A DNA stretch of 64,000 nt. It comes from an uncultured Eubacteriales bacterium (GTDB lineage: Bacteria > Acidobacteriota > Aminicenantia > Aminicenantales > Aminicenantaceae). The stretch lies in contig CAZUXT010000009.1 of assembly GCA_964624145.1 (NCBI GenBank), positions 12,269 to 76,268 of the forward strand, given 5' to 3'. This document shows, in pieces, positions 47,567 through 57,257 of this stretch. Made by a program: the position numbers and the translations under genes. The notes beneath the pieces are model-generated. The model was given only the letters and a program-made list of their open reading frames with translations, made no database searches and was not told the origin of the DNA. Positions within the stretch are counted from its first letter, which is position 1, and the number at the start of each line of letters is the position of its first letter.

Positions 47567-47591
47567 TTTTTATTTGGTTCGGGTTTTGCCC

Positions 47592-48062
47592 TCAGTTCAG
47601 AGGAACCTCTTCGAAAGGAAAGAAACCGGGTATATTGATATCGATGGCTTCGGGATTGTCAGCAGGAACCGGAAATTTTACCCAGAAACCAGATGATGAG
47701 CCCGAATCAATAGAGAAATGGTATCGGCCGCCCTCCCAGTCTTTTTCTTTGGGACCGGCGATATACTGGCCTTCTGAGTCTTTTAAGGGGAAATACTTCT
47801 TCTGATTGGTAGGATCGATGACATAGCAGTCTTTGAAATAGAACTCCACTATTTGTGAATCATCGCCTGTGTTGCGGATTTTGAATCGGAGTGTCAGGAT
47901 GTCATTGCGGATACTGATTTTTGTCAGATCAGCTTCCAACCCCTCCCAAATGTCACTTTCCTGAGTTTGGATGACATCGGCTGCTGCAAAAAGGCCAAAG
48001 GCAAGGGCCACGATGCCGAAAAAGGCACTCAAGACAGATTTCATGGAAAACTCCTTTCTCAA
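47592..48062 (-). CDS. Exported beta-sandwich protein, likely partner of the OmpA-family protein
   Basis: Signal peptide; IDPTNQKKYFPLKDSEG...WVKFPVP...IPGFFPFEEVPL; 25 bp from the ompA-family gene. Confidence 0.7.
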   Translation of the reverse strand: MRKEFSMKSVLSAFFGIVALAFGLFAAADVIQTQESDIWEGLEADLTKISIRNDILTLRFKIRNTGDDSQIVEFYFKDCYVIDPTNQKKYFPLKDSEGQYIAGPKEKDWEGGRYHFSIDSGSSSGFWVKFPVPADNPEAIDINIPGFFPFEEVPLN

Positions 48063-48143
48063 TTAATTATGTGAATTTCCTTATTCAGATCTAAGGATTT
48101 GATGGCTTCAATCATTTTTTGTCGTTTGGATGCTGCATTATTG

Positions 48144-48173
48144 ATAATACATGGAATAAAAATGGGTTGTCAA
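48144..48173 (-). promoter_or_regulatory. Sigma70 promoter for the 48062/47566 operon
   Basis: Minus strand TTGACA (48173-48168) -18- TATTAT (48149-48144). Confidence 0.6.
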
Positions 48174-48218
48174 TACCAAATCCCTTTCCTTTTAACCGGC
48201 TTGATTAACCTGAACTAT

Positions 48219-49307
48219 TCACAGGTTAATTGAAATCCGGTTTTGATTGTTCCTGAGAAATTCGATGACTTTGACCGATCCGGAAGGAAAGGGATAATTT
48301 TTAAACTCCCGGAGGGTGACCCATCTGAGCGCTTGGTTGTTTGCCTTGGGTGTTCCGTGCAGTGTGCAGAGAAAGGCATGGAGAGTCACACGGAATTGAG
48401 TGTAGGAGTGCGTTACCTGTGTAAGAATTTTTTTTTCTTTTACCTCCAATCCGAGCTCTTCTTTGATTTCTCTGTAAAGGGCCTGAGCAGGTGTTTCTCC
48501 TCTTTTGATTTTTCCCCCCGGAAACTCCCATAGGTCTGCCATAAGCCCCTTGGAGGGTCTTTTTTGGATCAAATAATGATTGTTTTGTTTGATGATTCCA
48601 AGGACCGCTTCGATTTTGTGAAAATTCCTTTTTTTGGGCTTGGGGATGATTTCCTGGGTTCCCTCTTGATAAGCCTGACAGAATTCCTGAAAAGGGCAGA
48701 GAAGGCAGGATGGATTTTGAGGCCGGCAGACCAGGGCGCCCAGTTCCATAAAAGCCTGATTGAAAAGGCTTGATTTACGGGGAAGGAAAAGAGAACGCAG
48801 AAACGGTTTGAGAATTTTATCCACGGAAGGATTGGCTTCCCGGTGCAGTCCTTTAAGCCTCATCAGCACACGGCGCACGTTTGCATCCAATACAGGATAG
48901 GGCTTGTTGAAAGCAAAACTAAGGACTGCCGCGGTCGTGTACGGGCCAAAACCGGGGAGACTTCCCAGGGACTGGTAGGTTTCCGGGATGAGGCCTTTGT
49001 GTTTTTCCATAATAATCTGCGAGGCGCGGTAAAGGTTTTTGGCTCTCTGGTAATAACCCAATCCTTCCCAGGCTTTGAGAACCTTTTGAAGAGGAGCCTG
49101 GCTTAGGGCTTTGATATCCGGAAAGAGTTGAAACCATTTTCGATAATAGGGGATGACTGTCTGGACAGTGGTCTGCTGGAGCATGATTTCAGAAACCCAT
49201 ATTTTATACGGATCTTTGGTTTCTCTCCAGGGGAGTTTTCTTTGATTGCGGCTGTACCAATGCAGCAATCTTTCCTGGAATGTGCGGTTCTCCTTTTTTG
49301 GAAGCAC
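48219..49307 (-). CDS. mutY: A/G-specific adenine glycosylase with C-terminal Nudix domain
   Basis: WVSEIMLQQT, GLGYYQRA, HhH, LDANVRRV, C-x6-C-x2-C-x5-C FeS motif, WEFPGG Nudix region. Confidence 0.96.
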   Translation of the reverse strand: MLPKKENRTFQERLLHWYSRNQRKLPWRETKDPYKIWVSEIMLQQTTVQTVIPYYRKWFQLFPDIKALSQAPLQKVLKAWEGLGYYQRAKNLYRASQIIMEKHKGLIPETYQSLGSLPGFGPYTTAAVLSFAFNKPYPVLDANVRRVLMRLKGLHREANPSVDKILKPFLRSLFLPRKSSLFNQAFMELGALVCRPQNPSCLLCPFQEFCQAYQEGTQEIIPKPKKRNFHKIEAVLGIIKQNNHYLIQKRPSKGLMADLWEFPGGKIKRGETPAQALYREIKEELGLEVKEKKILTQVTHSYTQFRVTLHAFLCTLHGTPKANNQALRWVTLREFKNYPFPSGSVKVIEFLRNNQNRISINL

Positions 49308-49378
49308 GGTTCAAATCAACCTTTATTATTCAAGATCCAACTTTTCGGAAGTTTAATCAAATTCCGGGTCAATCTCTT

Positions 49379-52072
49379 TCAGTTTAAATTTATTTGCAGG
49401 CTTTGCCCTTTTTGAATTTCCACGGGTTCTTCGAAGACCAGTTTGTACTGGTTCTGATCTGATATTAACCGGCACTTTACGGGTATGGAATCAAGAGTGC
49501 ATGTTTTTAAGGATTTCCAGGGATAGGAGGGTGAAAAAGACAACTGCTTCAGCTCCAGGCTTCCAAATGCGACGTTGAGGGCCGCATTTTTGGAATCCAC
49601 AGTACAGCTTCCCCAGCCCCTGCCGGTTGACCAGAATGTATGAAAATCGTGTTCATTTATTTTCGGGAAGAATGAAAGCGTGTGATCCACTCCGTCATAC
49701 TGAAATCCGGAAAGAGCCAGCATCACAGCCCATGAAGCCATAGCCCTTGCATAATGATGCCCGCATTCCAGTTCATCCCAGGGGTTCCGGTTAAATCCAC
49801 TGTAGCGTTCTCTGGTTGATTGGACGATTTTCAATCCTTTATCAATATGTCCGGCATATATAAGGGAAGCGGCCACCTGATACTCAATGCCTGTCCAAAC
49901 TTCATCTGAATAAACAAAGGGAAGGGCCGGCCGGTTTCCTTTGGGCCATGAACAGAGCAGAAGTCCTGCCTCATTATTCAGAGCATACACACGCTGCACA
50001 TTTGAGAAACGGCTGAGCTCCTCAAAAAAGTTGTAACGGAATATGGAAGAAAGAGCCTTGTCCACGTGAGATTTTTCCAGCACATATCCCAGGTTTGTGA
50101 CAAAAGCGAGATACTGGCCCAACAATTGATCTGACAGGCATCCTGATCCGTATTGATATTTGGGATAGGATTCTTTCGGGGATTTGAGATGTTCGGGAAT
50201 GGTCAATCCGTCTAGCACTTGCACATTCTGGATGTAGTATTCTCCGTTCCATAACATCTCGTCATAGGCTTTGGAGCCCTGCTTGAAAAGTTTTCTGTAA
50301 AGCTGGGCTTTATTTTTTTCTCCTAAGGCTTCAGCCATTTCTGCAGATGCTTTAAGGGCTGCCAGATACAGGGAGCCGGTCATGGTGTTAGGCCCGTAGT
50401 ATTCAATATCATAGGTGTTGTGCTGCTCTGCCTCCATGACTCCGTTTTGATCAGGGTCCCACGGCATTTTTAGCAGTTCCTGCTGCCATTTGAGTCCTTC
50501 TTCGACCTCTCCGACTCCGTTCCACGCAAATTCAAGTGCTTTTTTTACCTGAGGCCATAACTTCTTAAGCCAATCCGTATCTCCTGAGAGCTTCCACTCG
50601 CGATAAACCCTTACGATATTTCCCATCTGCCCGTCTGTACAGGGTTTGAATTTCCACCAGTAAGGCCCGAGGGGTATAAGGGTCCTGAAGACCTGATAGC
50701 CGTTATCAAAGGTGTTGTGCAGGAAATCCGTTTCTCTGAAGCTCCGCTCCAGGGAAGGGAAGAGATAGGCCATGGTGTTTTCGTAGTTCCAGACATGGGT
50801 GCAGTTCATGGGGCAGGAACCTCTAATGTCTGCAAGGCCCTCGAAACCAAAAGCTTTGCCTTCTTCCGTGCGCATAAGAAGATTGGTTTTAAGAGAGGAG
50901 GCCTGTGATGATACGGCATCTATGACATAAGGGGGATAAGTTGAAGAAAAGAGGAGGTCATGAAAGGCCTTTGTGTCCTCATAAAGCCCAGAGATATTTG
51001 TGATGAGATAGAAGGCTGCATCCAGGGAGCCCTGGTATTGTGTGGAGTAATAGTTCCGGAATCTTTTGCCTTTGACCTCTTTTTCCCTGTTCCAGTAATT
51101 TTCCCTGTTTGGAAAATACCATGTCAGGTAAAAAGGGATGATCTTTTCTTCTCCGGGTTTGAGTTCGACCTGAACAAGGAGTGAGGCTGCGTCACTCTGT
51201 CCCTCCTGAGATTCCTGGGCGTCTTTCACTTCTTCTATTTGTCCGTCATCTGAAAAATCGTCCCAGAAAACATGAGCGTTGTCCCACCATCCTCCCCTGT
51301 ACCATCTTGTCTGTGCCTTCGTTCTTTTTCCTGTGGTGCAGATTGTGATATTTCCGTATTCCAGGGAATCCGGCTTTGCCCGGTTTGAACTCATTCTGAT
51401 TCCGCGGAAAGAGTCCGTTTCAGTATATTCATTGAGGTTTTTCCCATAAGTTATATTTCCGTTCTCATTTTCCGTTTTTATAAGATTCTGCATGCTGAAG
51501 GCTATGGAGACCATAACCGTGCTTTTCTTTTCGTTTTTGAGCTTCCAGTTAAACACAGCCCCTGGGATCCCGCTTCTTTCAGGGTCCAAAGGAATAAAAG
51601 GATTGTATGTTTCCAGTATGACTTTCACCGGGATATCTTTGTCTTTGAATTCAAGCCATGCAAAGGGATATTCACCCATGAAAGAGACTTCATCAAAGCG
51701 GGAAACCCCCGGAAGCTGCATTCTCGGGATACCTCCCCATGCCACATAAGGAGGGAGAAGCTCCCGTTCAAGTATTTTTGCAAAGGGAGTTTGGCCCTCA
51801 CATCCGGCCCATATGGAGAAAAAGGTCAGGTTCGGAGAAATGCCTTTTGCCGGGCGGTTGAAGATTTCCATTTCTCGGATTTCTCCTCTTCCACCGATGG
51901 TGATATTGCCTGTTCCTAATCCGCCCACCGGAAAAGCAATGGTTCTGAGATCTTCACCGGTATAGATCCTTGTTTTCGGATTGTCCGGAGATTTTCCTTC
52001 TGCGGATATATTCGCGGGATGGATGACTACGATGATAAGGATTAGGGACAGAATGAAAGATAATTTTTTCAT
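49379..52072 (-). CDS. GH116 glycoside hydrolase (non-lysosomal glucosylceramidase-like), exported
   Basis: PVGGLGTG, MNCTHVWNYE, DGQMG, EQHNTYD, SDQLLGQ, SDEVWTGIEY, ECGHHYARAMASW. Confidence 0.93.
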   Translation of the reverse strand: MKKLSFILSLILIIVVIHPANISAEGKSPDNPKTRIYTGEDLRTIAFPVGGLGTGNITIGGRGEIREMEIFNRPAKGISPNLTFFSIWAGCEGQTPFAKILERELLPPYVAWGGIPRMQLPGVSRFDEVSFMGEYPFAWLEFKDKDIPVKVILETYNPFIPLDPERSGIPGAVFNWKLKNEKKSTVMVSIAFSMQNLIKTENENGNITYGKNLNEYTETDSFRGIRMSSNRAKPDSLEYGNITICTTGKRTKAQTRWYRGGWWDNAHVFWDDFSDDGQIEEVKDAQESQEGQSDAASLLVQVELKPGEEKIIPFYLTWYFPNRENYWNREKEVKGKRFRNYYSTQYQGSLDAAFYLITNISGLYEDTKAFHDLLFSSTYPPYVIDAVSSQASSLKTNLLMRTEEGKAFGFEGLADIRGSCPMNCTHVWNYENTMAYLFPSLERSFRETDFLHNTFDNGYQVFRTLIPLGPYWWKFKPCTDGQMGNIVRVYREWKLSGDTDWLKKLWPQVKKALEFAWNGVGEVEEGLKWQQELLKMPWDPDQNGVMEAEQHNTYDIEYYGPNTMTGSLYLAALKASAEMAEALGEKNKAQLYRKLFKQGSKAYDEMLWNGEYYIQNVQVLDGLTIPEHLKSPKESYPKYQYGSGCLSDQLLGQYLAFVTNLGYVLEKSHVDKALSSIFRYNFFEELSRFSNVQRVYALNNEAGLLLCSWPKGNRPALPFVYSDEVWTGIEYQVAASLIYAGHIDKGLKIVQSTRERYSGFNRNPWDELECGHHYARAMASWAVMLALSGFQYDGVDHTLSFFPKINEHDFHTFWSTGRGWGSCTVDSKNAALNVAFGSLELKQLSFSPSYPWKSLKTCTLDSIPVKCRLISDQNQYKLVFEEPVEIQKGQSLQINLN

Positions 52073-52224
52073 TTTTTCCCCCTATAAATAATGTCTATCA
52101 TATCCAGATATGCTTATACCAGAGGAGAGAATTTATGTCAAAAAAATTAATCTTTTTTGAATGGGGCTATTGACATTTTTGACCTTATATTTCGCATATG
52201 TTATTAAATGAACAGGGAGAGCCC

Positions 52225-53985
52225 ATGAAAGATAACAGTGATCCGATTCTATCCGAAGTCATTTTAAACGCGTTTCAATCCATATCAGAAGAGATGAGCG
52301 TATCTCTTATCAGATCTGCTTATTCAACGAATATAAAAGAGAGAAAGGACTGTTCCTGCGCGATTTTTGACAAAAGAGGACAGCTTGTTGCTTTGGCTGA
52401 GAACATTCCCATACACCTCGGTTCCATGCAGGGATTGATGGACACAATCGGTAGAAACTCAAGTGATTGGGAATTCAGGCCGGGTGACATCTTGATTGCT
52501 AATGATCCCTATTTAGGAGGGGGGTCACATCTGCCTGATGTGACTTTGGTAAAACCAGTTTTTATAAACAAAGGCCTGATAGGATTCACTGCTAATATAG
52601 CTCACTGGACAGATGTGGGGGGACGCACTCCGGGAGCGGGAACTGCCGGAGATGCCACGGAGATTTTCCAAGAGGGGATTCGCATCCCACCGTCCAGACT
52701 TTTTATGGAAGAGAATTTACGGAAAGACCTGTGGAATACCATTCTTTCCAACGTAAGGAACAGAAAAGAAAGGGAAGGAGACCTCAGAGCCCAGGTTGCT
52801 TCATTGAAGTTAGGGGAGAGAAGGTTGGTAGAAGTCTATGAAACATACGGGAAAGACACAGTCCGAACCGTGATTAAAGATATTTATCAGTACAGTCAGA
52901 AATGGATGGAGGAAATCTTACGAAAGATCCCCCCTGGTTCTTGTATGTTTGAGGATATTATGGATGATGATGGCGTGGAAAAAGAGCGTCTCAAGATCAA
53001 AGTGACTGTTCGAATAGCACACACGCCCACACCGTCCATAGAGTTTGATTTCTTAGGAACAGACCGCCAGGCTTCGGGAGGGATCAACATGGTCTGGCCG
53101 GCGCTGCTGGCGACGGTTTGTTATTCCGTAAAAGCCATTATTGGTCCTGAAATACCTATGAATCATGGATTCATGAGACCTGTTAGGATTAAAGCTCCCA
53201 AAGGCACTTTAGTCAATGCTGTTGAGCCGGCAGCGGTTGGAGGAAGGACAGACACAGCCCAACGAGTGGTGGATGCCATAATGGGGGCTTTTTCAAAAAG
53301 ACTGCCCAAAAAAGTCACGGCAGCTTCTAACGGAGCCACTACAGCCATCATATTCGGGGGAACAAAAGCTCGGTCAGGAAGAGATTTTGTGTATGTTGAA
53401 GCGCTAGGCGGGGGCATGGGTGCGCGGAACACTAAGGACGGACAGGATGGGATTCAGGTGAATATAACAAACACCTCTAATCTTCCTGTAGAAGCCATGG
53501 AAATGGAATATCCTTTGCGGGTTCTCACTTATGAGCTGGTTCCTGATTCAGGAGGCCCCGGCCGTTTTAGAGGAGGTCTTAGTATCCGGAAAGATATCAG
53601 GGCCTTAGTCCCCCTCTTATTTTCAGCGCACTCAGACAGACATGAAGTGGCCCCTTGGGGTCTCTTTGGCGGGAAGCCGGGGGGAAAAGGGCGCTTTGTT
53701 CTCTACAGAAAGGCAGGAAAAGAGGAAAGATTAAAATCAAAACCTTCAGGAATACCCATTGATAAAGGTGATGTTTTGACCTTTCGGACAGCAGGGGGCG
53801 GAGGCTGCGGTCCGCCTTTTGACAGAGACCTCGAAAGTGTGCGGAGCGATTATCTGAACGGAAAAATCACAGGAGAGAAAGCAAAGTCCGAATACGGAGT
53901 CGTTCTCACAGAAAAAGGAGAGATTGACTCCTGTGCGACCGGAAAATTAAGAGAAAAGGAAAGAAAAAAGAGAAGGGAAAAATGA
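52225..53985 (+). CDS. Hydantoinase B/oxoprolinase family protein
   Basis: SAYSTNIKERKDCSCA, PIHLGSM, NDPYLGGSHLPD, DSGGPGRFRGG; start MKDNS with GGGAG RBS (ORF track starts at 52198). Confidence 0.94.
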   Translation: MKDNSDPILSEVILNAFQSISEEMSVSLIRSAYSTNIKERKDCSCAIFDKRGQLVALAENIPIHLGSMQGLMDTIGRNSSDWEFRPGDILIANDPYLGGGSHLPDVTLVKPVFINKGLIGFTANIAHWTDVGGRTPGAGTAGDATEIFQEGIRIPPSRLFMEENLRKDLWNTILSNVRNRKEREGDLRAQVASLKLGERRLVEVYETYGKDTVRTVIKDIYQYSQKWMEEILRKIPPGSCMFEDIMDDDGVEKERLKIKVTVRIAHTPTPSIEFDFLGTDRQASGGINMVWPALLATVCYSVKAIIGPEIPMNHGFMRPVRIKAPKGTLVNAVEPAAVGGRTDTAQRVVDAIMGAFSKRLPKKVTAASNGATTAIIFGGTKARSGRDFVYVEALGGGMGARNTKDGQDGIQVNITNTSNLPVEAMEMEYPLRVLTYELVPDSGGPGRFRGGLSIRKDIRALVPLLFSAHSDRHEVAPWGLFGGKPGGKGRFVLYRKAGKEERLKSKPSGIPIDKGDVLTFRTAGGGGCGPPFDRDLESVRSDYLNGKITGEKAKSEYGVVLTEKGEIDSCATGKLREKERKKRREK

Positions 53986-56066
53986 GAGCAGCTGTCGATA
54001 TCGGAGGAACATTCACTGATATCATTATCTATGATGAGGAGATGGAAATATATTGGAGATCCAAAGTGCCCTCATCTCCGGATAATCCTGAAAAAGCCTT
54101 TATAAGAGGATTGATGAAAGCTGTTGAGACTGCAGACAGAGATATATCCTCCATAAGCACGATCACCCATGGAACCACCATAGTGACAAATTCTCTGCTT
54201 GAAGGAAAGATTTCCAAAGTGGGACTCATCATAACCAAAGGCTTTAAAGATATTTTGGAAATCGGCAGGCAGCAGCGTCCTGATTTATACGATTTGATGA
54301 AGGACCGGAAAAAACCTCTGGTTCCGAGGTGTCTTGTAGAAGAGGTCAAGGAAAGGATAACAGCCGAAGCGGATGTTCAAACCCCTTTAGACAAAGAAAA
54401 TGCGAGAAATAAACTAGAAAGACTCAATAACAGGGCGATCGAAGCATTGGCAGTGGTTTTTCTTTTCTCATTTACTAAATCGAAACATGAGCAAGAGATA
54501 AAAGAGCTGGCAAAAAAGATACTGGGAAACAAGCCTGTGTACCTATCCAGTGAGATTTCTCCAGAGTTTCGCGAGTATGAACGGGCCTCCACAACGGTCA
54601 TTGCCGCCTCAGTCGGGCCTAAAGTTAAGAATTATTTAAGAGCTCTTAGAAAGAATCTGTGCGTCCAAGGATGGAACTCCGGAAATCTGAACATCATGCA
54701 TTCGGGAGGCGGAGTATCAACTCCTGAACAAGCAGAGGAACAGCCTCAAACCCTGATTGAATCCGGGCCTGCTGCGGGCCTGATCGGCGCTTCGTTCCTC
54801 TCTGAAATGCTTGGAATGGATAAAGTCATTGCGTTTGATATGGGCGGGACTACGGCCAAAGCAGGTATGATATTGGGCCATGAGCTTGTCTGCACTCCTG
54901 AATATGAAGTGGGAGGAGAGCTTCATTTTTCCGGAAGACAGAAAGGAAGCGGGTATACTGTGAGAACACCGATGATAGATGTTGTGGAGTGTGGAGCAGG
55001 GGCAGGAAGCATAGCCTGGATCGATAAAGGGGGTCATGTTAAGGTAGGCCCTCAAAGCGCCGGAGCTGTTCCTGGTCCAGCGTGTTATGGAAAAAAAGGG
55101 AAGGAACCCACTGTGACAGATGCACATCTTATTCTTGGAAGGCTTTCGGAAAGTAATTTCCTGGGCGGGGAAATAAAGATCGATAAGGCTCTGGCAGAGA
55201 ACGCAATTTTAAGAAGGTTGTGTGGTCCTTTAAAGATGGATGAGGAAGAGGCAGCATCAGGGATCATAGCGATCGCCAATGCCAGCATGCTCCGTATTCT
55301 TAGGCTTTTGACTATTTCTAGGGGTTATGATCCCAGGGATTTCACATTGATAGCGTATGGAGGCGCTGGTCCGCTTCATGCCTGCGAACTGGCAGAAAAG
55401 ATGCTGATATCCAGGGTCATCATCCCGCAAATGGCTGGGCTTTTTTCCAGTCTGGGGCTTCTTTTTTCGGATATGAGCACGGATTTTGTTGAAACAGTGA
55501 TGGTCGCTTTAGAAGGAAATACAAAAAAGATCAATAAGGCTATCTCTTCTCTGCAAAAAAAGGCTGGCACGTGGTTTGAGGGAAAGAAGGTGTCTGAGTC
55601 CAACAGAAAGGTCCTTGTTAGTGCAGATATGAGACTTTTCCGACAGAACTATGAATTAAACATACATATTCCTGTCTATCCGATATCAGAATCCGACATG
55701 GATGAAATAAAATCGGCATTTCATAATAAGCACGAACAAATATACGGACACAAAGCTCCTGAGGAAAACATTCAGGTTGTCAGCTTGAGAATAAGGGCAA
55801 TAGAAGTGAGAAAAAAACCTGTTTTAATTCAAGTGCGGAAATCTGAAAAGGATAGGATTCCGAAACGGCAAGGGACCAGAAATGTGTGGTTTGAAGACAA
55901 GCAAATGAAGTCGAAAATATACAGCCGCGATAAATTGCTGTACGGACATCATATAAACGGGCCAGCTATTATAGAAGAGAGAGAGTCAACGACTGTTTTA
56001 GGTCCGGATTGGAATGCAAAGGTAGATGAATGGGGAAACTTGGTTTTAAAGATACAGAAGGAATGA
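53982..56066 (+). CDS. Hydantoinase A/oxoprolinase family protein
   Basis: VDIGGTFTD, HGTT, ESGPAAG, FDMGGTT, GAGAGSIA, PACYG, FGGAG-like YGGAGPLH; ATGA overlap. Confidence 0.95.
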   Translation: MRAAVDIGGTFTDIIIYDEEMEIYWRSKVPSSPDNPEKAFIRGLMKAVETADRDISSISTITHGTTIVTNSLLEGKISKVGLIITKGFKDILEIGRQQRPDLYDLMKDRKKPLVPRCLVEEVKERITAEADVQTPLDKENARNKLERLNNRAIEALAVVFLFSFTKSKHEQEIKELAKKILGNKPVYLSSEISPEFREYERASTTVIAASVGPKVKNYLRALRKNLCVQGWNSGNLNIMHSGGGVSTPEQAEEQPQTLIESGPAAGLIGASFLSEMLGMDKVIAFDMGGTTAKAGMILGHELVCTPEYEVGGELHFSGRQKGSGYTVRTPMIDVVECGAGAGSIAWIDKGGHVKVGPQSAGAVPGPACYGKKGKEPTVTDAHLILGRLSESNFLGGEIKIDKALAENAILRRLCGPLKMDEEEAASGIIAIANASMLRILRLLTISRGYDPRDFTLIAYGGAGPLHACELAEKMLISRVIIPQMAGLFSSLGLLFSDMSTDFVETVMVALEGNTKKINKAISSLQKKAGTWFEGKKVSESNRKVLVSADMRLFRQNYELNIHIPVYPISESDMDEIKSAFHNKHEQIYGHKAPEENIQVVSLRIRAIEVRKKPVLIQVRKSEKDRIPKRQGTRNVWFEDKQMKSKIYSRDKLLYGHHINGPAIIEERESTTVLGPDWNAKVDEWGNLVLKIQKE

Positions 56067-56115
56067 GCAGATAGATATTGTGTCCCTGTTTGTTTTTGAG
56101 TAGTATTAGAAGGTC

Positions 56116-57054
56116 ATGAGTGAGAAGAAAATAAAAAATAAAGATGAGGAATTTGATCAGACCTCAAACACATCCATAACCGGTTTGGTGGGCAGAAAAC
56201 CCAAAAAAGCATATCTTTTTTTTCTGTCAGGTCCTATGCAGGGCCGGTTGTTCCCTCTTTCCTTGGGAACCACATTATTAGGGCGAGGACAGGAATGCGA
56301 TATTGTGATAAAAGACAACAGGGTTTCGAGAAAACACATAAAATTGGAATTAAGCAGTGAAAAGACGGTCATAGAAGACCAGAAAAGCACGAACGGGACA
56401 TTCGTGAACGGGAAAAAAATAAAACGAAGAACCCTGAGACAAAACGACAAGGTTCATATAAGCCCCACTACGATTTTCAAGTTCTCCTTAGCCGATGAAG
56501 ATGAAAAGGTCGCTATAGATGAGCTGTATGAACTGGGAGTCCATGACCCCCTTACCGGAGCATATATTAAGAGATATTTGATTGAGCGCTTGAAAGAGGA
56601 AATGAGTCACTCAAAAAGATTTAGAATACCCCTTTCTTTGGTCATGATAGATATTGACCATTTCAAAGAAATCAATGATACCCACGGACGTCTGGCAGGT
56701 GATTATGTGCTCATAAAAGCAGCGGAATTCCTGAAGTCAGTATGCAGGAAAGAAGATGTTTTGGCCCGTTACGGAGGGGAAGAATTCTTAATGATACTGA
56801 GGAATACGGATGAAGAAGGAGCTGTGTTGCAGGCAGAACGGATTCGTAAGGAAATAGCCCGGACATCCATAGTCTCTGAAGGGAATAAAATAGATATAAC
56901 CATCAGCCTGGGAGTCGCCAGTATTCAGGGTGGTTCGGAAGGTGAAGATTACAAAAAATTCATCAAGGAGGCTGACCGAAGCCTGTATCAATCAAAAAAA
57001 CAGGGAAGGAACCGCACAACTAAAGCTTCAGAGCTAGACCACAAGCCGATGTGA
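56116..57054 (+). CDS. FHA-GGDEF diguanylate cyclase
   Basis: FHA: LGR, SRKH, STNGT; GGDEF: DIDHFKEIND, RKED I-site, GGEEF. Confidence 0.93.
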   Translation: MSEKKIKNKDEEFDQTSNTSITGLVGRKPKKAYLFFLSGPMQGRLFPLSLGTTLLGRGQECDIVIKDNRVSRKHIKLELSSEKTVIEDQKSTNGTFVNGKKIKRRTLRQNDKVHISPTTIFKFSLADEDEKVAIDELYELGVHDPLTGAYIKRYLIERLKEEMSHSKRFRIPLSLVMIDIDHFKEINDTHGRLAGDYVLIKAAEFLKSVCRKEDVLARYGGEEFLMILRNTDEEGAVLQAERIRKEIARTSIVSEGNKIDITISLGVASIQGGSEGEDYKKFIKEADRSLYQSKKQGRNRTTKASELDHKPM

Positions 57055-57070
57055 AATTCAGATATGGCTT

Positions 57071-57162
57071 GTGCTCGCTAAAGATTTTTAACGTCATTCT
57101 TCGTACTGTGTTCTCGGCTGCTGCGCAACTCCCCCCGTCCACACCTGAATTTCAGTAGGCAC
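57071..57162. other. 92-bp intergenic element with imperfect terminal inverted repeats
   Basis: GTGCTCGCTAAA...TTCAGTAGGCAC: 10 of the outer 12 positions pair if G-U is allowed. Confidence 0.4.
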
Positions 57163-57194
57163 TCTTCAATCTCGACTTGAAACAAAAAAATGTC

Positions 57195-57253
57195 TTGACA
57201 GGAGAAAAAATTTTATGATAAATTTAACCAAAAGGTTAAACTAATTGGTTGGT
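57195..57253 (+). promoter_or_regulatory. Promoter with overlapping TetR-type operator palindromes
   Basis: TTGACA (57195) -18- TGn-TAAATT (57219); perfect TTTAACC-N4-GGTTAAA (57223-57240) and imperfect AACTAATTGGTT just downstream. Confidence 0.7.
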
Positions 57254-57257
57254 TAAA

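Noticed and set aside
14482-52072. A sphingolipid catabolic pathway (GH116, SDR, ALDH, PLP enzyme, thioesterase)
   Set aside because: The genes are scattered over 37 kb, and the PLP enzyme looks like an amino-acid decarboxylase rather than a sphingosine-phosphate lyase
57060-57180. tmRNA, SRP RNA, 6S RNA or c-di-GMP riboswitch
   Set aside because: Lacks the tmRNA GGGG...TTCGA ends and tag frame, the SRP GGAA-loop helix, and the GEMM motifs; too short for 6S
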